This document shows, piece by piece, positions 1-12,245 of a DNA stretch of 58,635 nucleotides. The position numbers were made by a program, and so were the translations under genes. Position 1 is the stretch's first letter; each line of letters starts with the position of its first letter. The notes beneath the pieces were generated by a model that ran no database searches, was not told the origin of the DNA, and saw only the letters and a program-made list of their open reading frames with translations. The DNA comes from Trichinella spiralis (taxonomy: Eukaryota): assembly GCF_000181795.1 (NCBI RefSeq), contig NW_003526941.1:7367930-7426564 (forward strand). The letters run 5' to 3'.

Positions 1-2214
1 TCATGAGTATTATGATGAGAAAGTCTGTTTTCAGAATTTTCAATGGAACGAAGAAAAGATTGTCCTCTCAAAGTATTGTTGTTGCAGACGGTGCGAAAAC
101 AAAATTATACGGATACACACGCTGACGCCCACGCCCGACCGCCCGGCCGTTTGTTCAATTGCGTTCACGTTTCAAGCGTTCAACTTTGAACATTAAAAGG
201 CGAATCATAAATCATCAACAGGCAAAATTATAATTTATATCAAAACGATTCGCATGGATAAATTATTAATTAATTTTCAAATAATAATTCCCTATTCCGA
301 AATCGACACTTCGCAGACACGGTAACGCGGCTCGCTCAGGGTTTTGGCGATTTTTATCGATCAGTTTTCATTTTCGAATTTGACCCCAATTAGCAATAAG
401 CATCGGCGTAGCTTAAGCGATGACGACCACCGTCAACGTTTTTCGCCCACCGTTAGTCGGGGGATATCTATCGACATTTTCTTTTCCTGGTCAACTTTAT
501 CAGACATACAGACATTTTCTTTCTTACCAAAATTTTCCCATCTGGTTTTCAAGTTTATCACAAATTAATATACCAATTATTAATAATATTTTTTTTTCCA
601 TTTTCCAAAAGCTGAAACAAGATTTGAATAAGAAGGAAGTTTTTCTAGAACCAAACAACAAGCCAGACAGATTGGAAATATTCGATTCACGTACTGTTGA
701 TTTGAAAACAAAAGAAGGTTTATAGCTAACGTTCGGCCTGATTATTTATTACGTGAACAAGGAGAACATTTGCACTTGTTATAAATTTTTTCTTTTTTGT
801 AATTTTTTCCTTCGCTTTCGCTTTTCACTGCTTCCTTCGCCTTGCTATAGACACGGGATATCTAGGTCAGGGCCAAGATACCAGTTGTGGCTTGGTTTCT
901 CCTCAGGCGCGTGGGTGTTTGAAGAAAATTTGTCAACGGCAGCTGCCGTCTCCACACACGGCAGAAAGCGTTTTATTGTTTGAAACAATTTCGCCAAATT
1001 GGGGAACCCCCCCCCTCCATTATCCCCGTTATGTAAAAGAAGGCACCGCCGCCGGGGTCAATTTCCTCTTCAACATTTGGAAATGAGCCAACAACAACAA
1101 CAACAACAGCAACAAGTCTACGCCAGACGCCGTCACCGTCACCATTTACCGTTTGTGCCTGCACCTGTCCGTCCGTCGGTCTGCTTTTTGTACTTTTTGT
1201 TCTTATTCACCACCACCGTTGCAGGCCATTTCGAGCGTTCTCATTTCATTCCATCATCAAACCAACTACAAGCACATACACACAACAGCAGCAGCAGCAG
1301 CAGCAGTCACGTTTTCATTTTACCACCAAGTGCCATGACATGAGATTGATTGTGTTATTATTTTTATTTTTATTTTCACATCAATTAATACTACACACCA
1401 ATCCCATATATTTTCACTTGTCCAATTAAGGCATTGGCAAACTTATTCTTTTGTTTCTTCTGCTTTCTTTCTTTTCTTTGCCTGCCTGCCTGCGATCCGT
1501 CTATATGTTAAAGCGTTGTGTTAGCTACTACTACTACTACTACTAGTTGTCGGGATGTTGCTTATATATATGTTTTCTTCTTCATTCACATTCTCTCTCA
1601 CTTATTCATTCTTCTTTCAGAAACGGCAGCTGTTTTGTGTTTGTTGCATTTGTGATGTTATGTTCGTTGATGGAAACGTATGAATGGAATAGTTGAAGAA
1701 AAAGCTGTGCAGACGACACACACAGAGAGTGTGTGTGTGCGTGTGAGAAGAGCCAGAGATTAAAGAAAAAAAAACAACACAACGACAACTTCAAAGCAAA
1801 TCAAAGTCACTCATTTTCAAAAGCAAAATTCCACTTCACATCCAATCCTACCCAACTTCACTTGGATGAGAATGAAAAATCAAAAAGAAAAATCGTTTCA
1901 TTCTTTTTCTGCGTTTAAAGTCGGCGGCGGCGGCGGTATCGTTGACCGAAATCCGTTGCTTGGCTATGCAGATTCGACGGTCGCTTGTCGGTCGCTGATT
2001 GGTCGATTCGGTCGATGAACGCGCACGCACGTTCACCGTCAATTTTATCTCTCTGGTCAGTTGAACCCCCAGGCAACCGGTTGGACGGTCGTCTAATCTA
2101 ACTCGACGTATCAGCTTAATGCTTTCTTTCCATTGATGGGTGAATATTTTCAGTCGACCGCGTTCGCCTGTTCGTGTATTTGGTTGATTTCCGCATTGTT
2201 TACTAGCTAGTGAT

Positions 2215-2247
2215 CGCGTGCGTGCGTGCGCGCGCGCGCGTACGTGT
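2215..2247. repeat. Alternating purine-pyrimidine (CG/TG) tract upstream of the Smaug start
   Basis: CGCGTGCGTGCGTGCGCGCGCGCGCGTACGTGT, 33 nt of strict alternation. Confidence 0.8.
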
Positions 2248-2400
2248 TTCATTCACACCAATCCAATCTGCCCAATTGACGTTTCCCATTTATGCTAATT
2301 AGTATATCATTTTTTGTAGAACAAAAAAATTGGCTGTAGCGTTTGTTTTGCGGTCGAAAATCGACGAGGGCAAACACTAATTTCACGGGCCAATTCGAAC

Positions 2401-5400
2401 ATGTCTACATTGGAAACAAATCGCAACGGTTATTATCCTTCATATGCCTCGGCTTGGCGTCCAGCTTATGGTGGCTCGAATCGTTTGTACAACAACAACA
2501 ACAGCAGCGCACTTGCCACCACTACCACCACCACCACTACCACCGGCTCACAGTCACTTTACAACTATTGGAAAACACCGTCGGCGTTGCTATCTCCGGG
2601 TGGCAGTAGTAGCAATTCGTCTTCCGGCTACGAGGGCGGCAGCGCTAGCGGCAACGGCAGCGTGAACGGCGGCTGCCTGTGGTCGACCACAGCGTCGTGC
2701 CCCTCCCGAGCGGTACAATTTCCGCTCGGCTCGACCGCGCCACACCCGTTCGCGTCGGTACCGGGCTGTCAGGACTGTGTGCCGATATCGTTGTGCTCTT
2801 TTTCGCCCTGCGCCGACGGCGTCATCCCACTCCCGCGGCAACTGCACGACCAAATCGGTGGCTGTCTGCTGGACTGTCGAAAAGAAATGGAACACAACGC
2901 CAACGACTCGGGTAAGTGTTTTTCTTTTTTTTGGTTTCGATTTTTTCTACCGTAAGCAGACAACAAACAAACAAACAAACAACCACATCCAAATTGAATC
3001 CATTGTTGAATGAAATTGCAACTGATGTTATTTTTATTTTATTTCACGACGAAAGAAAAATCGCTTTCTGAATTCGCTTTCTTCATTCCCCTCCCCCTTT
3101 CCCCATTCCATCATCGCTGTTCCATTTATCACCGCAACGTTAGCAGTTTCCTGAGCACGCCGAGAAACAAATTTGCATATTAGAACGACTATTGCGAATT
3201 AACTTTCTTCTTGTCTGTTCAGTGTTCATTCAATATTTGCTACACGGGAAGATGCTGTTCTCATTAATCATCATCACAATCTCAGTAGTGCGATTCATAA
3301 GTATGAGGAATATATTCATTCATTCATTCATTCCAAGTGTCGTCTGTTTTCATTTAACAATCTCTTCATAACCCGTCGCACATCCAGCCAGCGAGCGCGA
3401 CTCTCGTATTTTGAAAAGGAAAAAATTATTTTACCTATGCTAAACAACACGCGCTATTATCGCACAACTTTTCCCCAACCATATTTTCATTTTTCTTCTT
3501 TTGCTCACAATTCTAGTTATCCAAGTAAGCAAGGGAACAAACACAACACCACTTGCACTTTCCTTACCCCCGTAGTCGCTAGCATTTCAATCCCATCATT
3601 ATTTGTACGTGTATACGTGCCAAAGTAAACAATCAACAGGTAAAAGCTTAGCTCATATGAGGAAGAGAAATTATTATTATTATTATCATTATTACAAACT
3701 TGTTATTGACTTTGTGCGCCAATTTTGCAACGAACAGAACCCCCGCGGGTGTTTGAACAGTGCTACTAAAACTCATCCCTATGAGAAAATATGAAATTTG
3801 CATGCATCTGCATGATAATTTTTTTGGTCTTCGAAAGGGTGAAAATTGAATACGAGAAAAAAAATATACTGGTTAAAGTTGGCTGTTGAATGACTAGACA
3901 TATATACATAGGAAGGATAAAGAGAATAGAATTCATTATTGATGAAAAAAATGAGTGACATAGCAACAACAGTTGTTTTCATCATTGCAGGATACTTGTC
4001 GAAACTGTTTTCCCGAACTCCCGTTAGCAAATTAGCGGTAATATTGCTGCGCCATTTGTCCCTGTTGAAGATTGATTCTGAGCCTGCGAAACGCATCTAC
4101 TTGGAACATTTATACAGGGTAAGTTTGTTTGAAAATAAATTTCTCTTCAAAACTGATAAAATCGTTCGTTGAACATGAATACCGCATGTTGATATGTTTT
4201 GCAGATTATTCGTGCAACTGTGGATAATGAATTTCATAAAGATGCATGCATGCAGTTGATTCTGCATTTTATCATACACCCAGCTATACGGGACGACGAA
4301 CGCTTAGCACTGAAAGGTAAGCGGCTCGATTCTGACTGAAGAAAACCTATATGGCATTTTTTTTCTTTCTGTTTTTGACATTGCTTTTTCTTTAAGAAGC
4401 AGCGAAGCAAGTATTCGACGGTACCTTTGACGGAATATCTCCAAATGACAATTTCAATAGAATGCCTTTTTTGTCTCAAGGCTTGTTCGCTGAAGAATCA
4501 CAAGTATCAGATTTTGTGAACCACGGCGACTGGTTGAACAACAACAGCAACAACAACAACAGTGTTCATGATGATTTGTTACCATCGTCAGTTTTAGAGG
4601 AATCCCAATTGCGCAATAGATGCTCGTCACGTTACGAATCTGAGGGACAAGGTAAATGGTCACAAGACTATAGTTCCCTTTCTACATTATCGTCGACATG
4701 TCTCAATCCAATTTCAACATTCGAATCACCAGTGCAAACCGCGGCAGCAGCACCGCCCCCGTCATACACATCATCACCTCAATGTCAGAATCGTTGTTTG
4801 CTAACACCGCAAAATCATCATATCAACAATTTTTTCAACAACGATTTCACTGCCAATATGGTGGGAATTGATAAACCAAATGTGGTGAACAAGAAATCAT
4901 CATTTTCATCCAATTCCTCTTATAACACGGATGGGAGTGGCAATTACCACTGTCGACCAGGACCTTCAGGTTATATGAACATGAAAGGCGACACTGGAGA
5001 TGTGTTCACTTTGATGAATAACTTTGACTCGAGGTAAAAAACGGCATAATTTGTTGATTTCGTTTGTCAAATAAAGCTTAATTTTTCTTTCTTTTCACCG
5101 AAAATATTTCTTCTCTTTATCGATTATTGCAGATATCTGTCAGATGTGTACAATTATCGACGAAGCAACAGTCCAGCAGCAACCAAGATGAATTTTGCAA
5201 ATGCAGCGAGTTTCGAACCTGCCGAGGAAGCAATGAGAGGTAGGGCATTTTGGCAATGTTTTACGCCATGATTAATGGATCATTGATCGTATCTATCTCT
5301 TTTTCATCCTTCAAGATGTACCTCAATGGCTGAAAATGCTCCGTCTACACAAGTACACTCCGTTGTTTTCAAAAATCACCTACGACCACATGATGAGTTT

Positions 5401-7068
5401 CACTGAAGAAAAGTTAGAACTTCTGGTAAAATTGTTTTTGTTTTTTAAAATTTTTTTCCCAACAAAAATTTCCACTTTTCTTCAATCTCAAGGGAGTTAC
5501 GAAAGGTGCGCGGAAGAAAATCGTGTTGAGCATTGATAAACTGAAACAACGAGCCAAAACACTGAAACAGTTGGAAAAGGAGGTAGAAATATGATTGATA
5601 ATCATGATATTCTAGAACTACTGAACGAGTTTATCATATGTTGTGTTTGTTGTTCAGGGATTTTACCAGTCGGGAAGCCTGAGAGCCACTTTGAACGAAC
5701 TGAAATGCATCTGCATGTCTCCAATTCGCTGCTACCATCCTCCCAACGACGGTGGGACTGAATTCGATCAAGTAAGACAATATACAAATAGAATATTCAG
5801 AAAATGATTGATTATTCATGTTTTCAGGAAAAAATTGAAGGCTTCCACTCACTGCCCGATGAAATAGATGACGATAATATCCCGGCTCATTTCACTCGAA
5901 TTTTAGGAAAGAGTCAGTGAAATATATATTATTATATATATTCTTGTTAACTATTGTTTTCAAAAAATTATTTTCAGTCTGTACGCAACTGTTGGTCACA
6001 TCCGAAATTGAAGAAGACTGCGTTCAAATTTGTACGGAAATATTAGAGAAGTGCACCAATCATCCAGCGTTCACAGAAGCACAGAAGAAAAGATTGTCCA
6101 ACTGCCGACATGAATTACGCAAAATTCTGTACATTTCCAAAGCGACGATGGCGAACGACAGAATGCGCGGCAGTATCCCTAATAATAATAACCGAGAACG
6201 AAGACAACACGCCCAGAGAAAATTCTCATTGCAGGCCATTCAGCAGTACAATAACAACAACGGAAACGGTCGAAATGTAATTTTAAATTTGCATATTTTA
6301 TAATCGAATTTCCTATGAATTGTTATGTACGTGGAAATTTATATTGTGCAGAAAGACTTGGCATCGAAGTCGAACGTCAAACGTAGCACGAAAAATAAGC
6401 GCTCAAACAGACCAGTCGACGGACAACGATTCAACAGCAGACTTCCTCCAGTCAAGGTGGAATGTGCCCGTGTCGCGGAAGCTCAAAAACCGCTTACGAT
6501 CTCTTGCAGCAATTACAACAATTATGCACGTCCCACTGCTCAAACTACTGCAACGCAGTCGACAAACGTGTTTCAAATGCAGCCAGCTAATCCGATAAAT
6601 CATCATCATTCCATTTCCAACTATGCAACAAACGTGAACCCGATGTTCTCTACAACCACCACAACAGTTCCTCAACAAACAGTATCATCAATTACGGATG
6701 AAAAAAATTCCTTCATCTTTGCCAGTATGCAGTATCGATTCGTAGAAAAGAAAAAACAAATCAAAAATCATTTTCCTATTTGTTTGTTTTCCAGGTGATC
6801 ATCAGCTTTCATCGTGGAATAGTTGCGCTTCCAATTTCGACAATACAACAAAGCGCAATATTGGATTGTCGGATAACGGCTGTGTCAATCAGGGTTGTCG
6901 TTACTCAACTTGCAAAACTTCAAGTTGGGATCATCCGATCAATTTTAGCTCAGGTTTGGATCAACTGTGTCGCAGCATGACAGAAGCAGCTCTGGAAGGT
7001 AGTTAGTCATTCAAGCTATTCTCCCACCTGTGTATAGTTTTTCTCAAATTATAGATTCTGCTCAATAA
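2401..7068 (+). CDS. smg: Smaug/SAMD4 family RNA-binding protein (SAM + PHAT domains), multi-exon
   Basis: Phase-consistent GT-AG exons at 2401-2911, 3991-4118, 4205-4316, 4397-5033, 5133-5239, 5316-5425, 5493-5582, 5658-~5771, ~5828-5916, ~5978-6276, 6352-6724, 6795-~6999 and 7055-7068 (TAA). Spliced SAM domain reads [57 protein letters not shown]. Also present: LILHFIIHPAIRDDERLAL, PHAT-like GSLRATLNELKCICMSPIR and C-terminal LDQLCRSMTEAALE, matching the SAMD4 LESLCLSMTEHAL motif. Confidence 0.92.
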
Positions 7069-8156
7069 TATATCGCGCCTTTCCTTCTTTATAAACAACT
7101 ATGTATTCAACTGTATGCATTCATGATGATGGTTCAATTGAGATGAAATGCTGCACAAAACAAAACAAAACAAGGAACAAGAAGCTCTCTTCTGTGCAAC
7201 TTGTTTTTTTCTTTTTTCTCTTCTTGATCATCTATTTATTTATCCATCTGTATGTCGGTCTGTCTGTCATTTTTCTGCATATCCACATTTTCCATATTTT
7301 TCCAACGTAGTTGCTCGCAATATCAGTCGGCGAGTGTGCTGCGTTGAAGCACAGCAATTCAAGTGGGACAGTCACGAGTTTGCTCTCGCTGTTGTACATC
7401 GGTGCACTGCAAACTGTGGAGTATTGCGTGCCAAAAGTTGTACAGAATTAATTTGATTATTAGCTTATTTTTCTTTCTCTTTGTTAAGTCGAAATTTCAC
7501 AAAACAACATTCAACATGTCGGTTGTTGTCCATGCATCGTGTTTGCTTTCTTTCATGATATATACACATATCTCTGGATAAAAATACTGCCTGCCCTTCA
7601 TGATGTGAAACCTACTGATTGATTGTGACATCTTGGTGGTACTTTGTCCGTGTACTTTTTTGTTTTTGCGTCCATATTCACCACCAACGGCATGGAATTT
7701 ATATGTATATATATATGTTGAATTTATTTCTGTTTTCTGTGACTGCAGTCAACGATGCTTATCTTTATTGCATATATAGTTGAAGTATTGGGCAGAAAGA
7801 GAGAAGTGATGCAGTACTTTCAACAAATTCAACATGGATACACGACAATTATTAATTCAGAGCGATCCTGTTATTTAGTTAGTCTTCGATTCACATAGTG
7901 TGTAGTAAGTATTTGGTGAATGGAAAATGGAATAGATATTTTTTGCTTCCTTTGCTACGAACAATTGCTCAAAATGTACAATATATACAATGTTATTATT
8001 ATTCTGCACGACGTGTGGTTGGCATATTGAAGAAATTCAATGGCTTCCGTACATACTAAAGCTGTCAACACACGGTATGGCGTTGCTATTGATTTCACAT
8101 TCTTTTTATACCACTTTTGTGTATACACATAATCAATCACTCCTTCATTCATGTAC

Positions 8157-8196
<40 letters not shown>

Positions 8197-8201
8197 ATAT
8201 A
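8157..8201. repeat. Compound (AT)n(GT)n microsatellite in the Smaug 3' region
   Basis: Direct reading. Other microsatellites: (CAA)n at ~1089, (AGC)n at ~1286, (CTA)n at ~1525, (TAA)n at ~33321, (CTA)n at ~41965. Confidence 0.9.
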
Positions 8202-8804
8202 TTTTTCTTTCACTTTTATTCTTCCATTTACTCCACCGAAACGTTCATTCGCACATGTATGTATTATTTATTGCATAGTTAGCTTTTGCTGTTTTGTTCC
8301 AGCACATTCCAGTTTTAACTCGCACCTTTCTACGACACTATTGGCATGAAGAAGCCATTTGAAGTGTATTTAAATGTTGAAGATGTTCTGTCGAATATTG
8401 TTCTTTTTTCCATTCGTTTCTTTTTGTGATTCACTGGAAAGCAGTCAAAGCTGTGAAGTGACGAACCATCGATGTTGATAATGTATATGTATATATATAT
8501 ATGTATTATGTATACGTATGTTTCTTTTTCTTCAATATTGTTCAGGCCGAATCTTTCGACACCCAGACCCTATTTTTGTCTTGTTGAAGTTTGTTCCGGA
8601 AAATTTATATTATATTATACTACTCAGTGTGCAACAAGCGCAAAAACTGCCCGTTCGTTTTTGTTTCTCACGACACACAAATTTTGAGTATGTTTGTTAC
8701 TCGATTTTTATTGGCATTTTGTCTGGGTTAAGCTTTCATTTTTCTTTTCAATTATTGCATATTATGGTCTGAGTTTAACGGTGCAAAACTTGCATGCCTC
8801 AAGT

Positions 8805-8810
8805 AATAAA
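8805..8810 (+). promoter_or_regulatory. Candidate polyadenylation signal ending a ~1.7 kb U-rich Smaug 3' UTR
   Basis: AATAAA at the point where T-rich plus-strand sequence (7069-8800) switches to A-rich composition. Confidence 0.45.
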
Positions 8811-11800
8811 CATTTGAAAACAGAAAAATTATTCATTTCCAACGTTGAACCAATTCTACCTACTTAATACCTTTCACACTTTACAGCTTTTTGTTTTGAG
8901 CGGCAATACTCAACATTTAACTTGCCCACAAGTCAACATGAATTATGATCATAACTACTAACACTGACAACATGTTCAACAGAGCACTAACTAAAATAAT
9001 ACACGAACAGACAACTAACCGGCCTGCCTCAGAGAGTTAATTTTACAAGTTGAGCATGTTATGTTGGAGATAGTGTCAACAAGAGAAGAGAAGAGAAGAA
9101 ACAAACACATTTTTTTGACCACAACAAGATGAAGAAAAAATAATAATATGCACACCACATAAATTTGAAACAAAAATGAAAAATTCCCTTACCTGGAGAA
9201 AGAATTATATTGTATTGTTGTAGTTGATTGTTGTTCGTCGGCATGGCTGACTTCTTTTCCGTTGGGTAAACTTTGTCAGATGTGATTCTCTAACGATAAT
9301 ACTGACATATATAATAAGCATAGTTCATTTTGGTTCATCAAAAATGCCATGTTTCTTTATTCCTAAACAAACAAATAAAATACTGTGAACAATTTATTTT
9401 AAAAATAGAAAAAACAATCATCATTTCACAATATTAACTGATGAGAGTTTTTTATAATGAGAAAAAATTTTTCAAAATGCAACAACTGTTCAATGTGCGT
9501 GCTACTTACCGCTTGCTGTTGCTGATGATGATGGTGATCATTTGTCACCAATGTGATATTTATTATTATTTGCCCAGAGAAATGTGAAATAACAACAACA
9601 CAGCGATTAAAATTAACTGTTGATATTGAAATTGTCTGTTTAATAATGAAATTATGCGAAAACGAAAAAGCATTATATATATATCAAAAACAGAATACAA
9701 TTGACCACCGACCGCATCGTCTTCAAATTAGAAATTGAACAACACTGAGAAAAATTGATTTGGATCAATTCTAAGCAGGCTACTACTAACTGAGGAGGTC
9801 ACATACGAGTCATAAGAAATCAATCAAAAAACAACTCTTTGAAAGTTAACATTTCTTAATTAGCCTGTCAAGAAGGTGAAACTTAATATGAATGAGCAAG
9901 AATGGCAAAATATTTCATGCACTACTCTGTTGCTTCTTATCGCTTCTAATGCGTATGCAAAATAATAACTTAAAGCATTTCAATCACTGAAAAAAAAGTT
10001 CAAATAATAATCAACCTAAACCAATTTATGAAATGATAAATTGCTAATATCATCATCACAACCACTATCAATTGACTGGAAAAATGCAAATTTTACAGTC
10101 ACAAATAAAGAAAAATGACAAAGATAAAAACATAAAATTACCAGATCAAAAATACTAAAATGAAACATCGAAGCAAAAACAAGTGATGCTGCAGCAAAAA
10201 TTATAAAATAAGAAATGATATATGTAAAACAGAAATAAAGTACAATTTTACATAGATATTCAAAAAAGTTGCGGAAAAGACAACTGCCATGAACATCACC
10301 AAAGCCTGTTTGTTAGTGAATAATAAATACTACAAACATTACAAATTTAACTCGAAAACTTTTACTGAAAAAAGAAAAAGAAAAAATATTAAAAATTAAA
10401 AGCTAATTAGTTAAAACTATGCCCAGGGCACGTAGTTTTGCCACAACAGTGGAGCAGTGGAATTTCATCTGGACAAGTGAAAGTGAAAAATTATTCATCG
10501 AGTAAAAATGGAAATTTAACAATAATATTTTTTTACACAAATTAAACATATAAAAAAGTTGAAATGAACATTTGAAAAAATCAAACACTCACAAGTTTCA
10601 AGAAATTTCACTTCATCAAGAGAACGCATGATCATCGACCGCACCGTGAACTGTGGGTTTTCCATTTACGGAATGATGATCTGGTTCCCGCTCAGAGTAC
10701 CGTAGATGGTTACTTGAAAATCAGAAGATCGAATTTCAAATTTCAAAAATATCGAATGATGCACCAAAAAATACTGATGCCCAAAAAAATTAATCAAATA
10801 ATCTTACAAAGTACAAAAAGCATATTCTTTGCAATGATTAGACCGTGTTATTTGCTGAATAATAAAAATTTTTCCAATTGTTTACAAAAATTGTTTAGAA
10901 TTTTAACTGAAGAATTTGGAATTTTCAAAATTGCATCCGTGGACAAGAACTGAAAGCATTTCTGTTTTGGAACAAAATTTTTCTGCTTATCTGGCAAACT
11001 GAATGATGGCTATGCGTTCTGCAAGTTTCAACGCAATTGCTGTTGCCCTGCCAGCATTATCAAAAGACTGAAAATTATGTTTGATAAAAAAAAAGTCGAA
11101 TAATCTTCAAAAATGATTCTTTCAAGGTGATGCAACTATTTTTGTGACAACATGCATGAAGAAACTTTATGCATTTTTGTCTACTAATCATCCTGCTGCA
11201 TCTTTCCTTGATACTATCATTACCCGTGAGATTAACTTTATGAAAAGATTTCTTTTGTGCTGTTATTTTACAAAAATATTAATTATTGAAAGAAAATTTC
11301 AAGTGAAAAACAATTTTCACAGCAAAATGCAATAGTTATTTGCTCGTATTGCATGTGGTGATTATGAAAATTTTGCCATCATGGATAAATTGTTAAAAAA
11401 ATTTTCTGTAGAATTCAAATTTTAATAGTTTCGAATAAGTGTGTCAGTCATTTGCAACATTTTGTCTCCTGTACTTTCAGCGTTCTTGTCTCTGTCACTT
11501 GCAGTAGGCCAGTGAAACCGGTTTTACGATTTTATTCACTTATTTTATTTGCATATTTGTACTCCGCGTTTCTGCCATTATTTAACAACAGCCTCATTAT
11601 ACGAAATAATAACTGAACGTCCAAATAATTATATGGCTTTTGAAACATTTCACACTCGAACACACCTATAATCATTCGCTCTGCATTCTTCCTTGTTTGG
11701 AAACTTTCTCGACTGTTATGCATGCTAATAAACGATAATTTCATGCAAATTTTTATTAGCTTGGCAAATTTTGTCAATTTGTATAGGGAGTAAAGTCTGA

Positions 11801-12245
11801 AAGAGACAATCAATTTGCATTGATCATGTGTGAATAGCTAACCGAGCTGTACAAAAACATAAATGTTGCCCGCGTTTTACAGTTTTGTCTTCCCAAATGC
11901 CTTCTGAACATTCATTCTAACAACGCTGATCCTACATATGAAATCAGGGAAGGAAGGCTGTCTTTCCAAAAGTGCAATTTTATAATTTTTCACAAATCTG
12001 AGTAATAGTTTGAATCTTTTTTAAATTTAGTGGCTGCACTTTTGTACTCGTTTTGGCCCATCTGAAATTTTCTATAGAATATCATGTTAATTTTATTATA
12101 ATTTTAATATATTTCAGAAAAATCCTAAAAATTCTTATATTAACATAATAAAAAAATTAGAATTTTTTGTAAAGTAATATTACCTGCATTACCTACAGTA
12201 TACCAACATTACCTTTTGCAAATAAATTGGTGCTTGTTGTTCGAC

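Noticed and set aside
999..1343. 114-aa ORF with polyQ/polyS and a hydrophobic patch upstream of Smaug
   Set aside because: Built from (CAA)n and (AGC)n microsatellites, with no homology motif and no in-frame link to Smaug. A uORF cannot be excluded.
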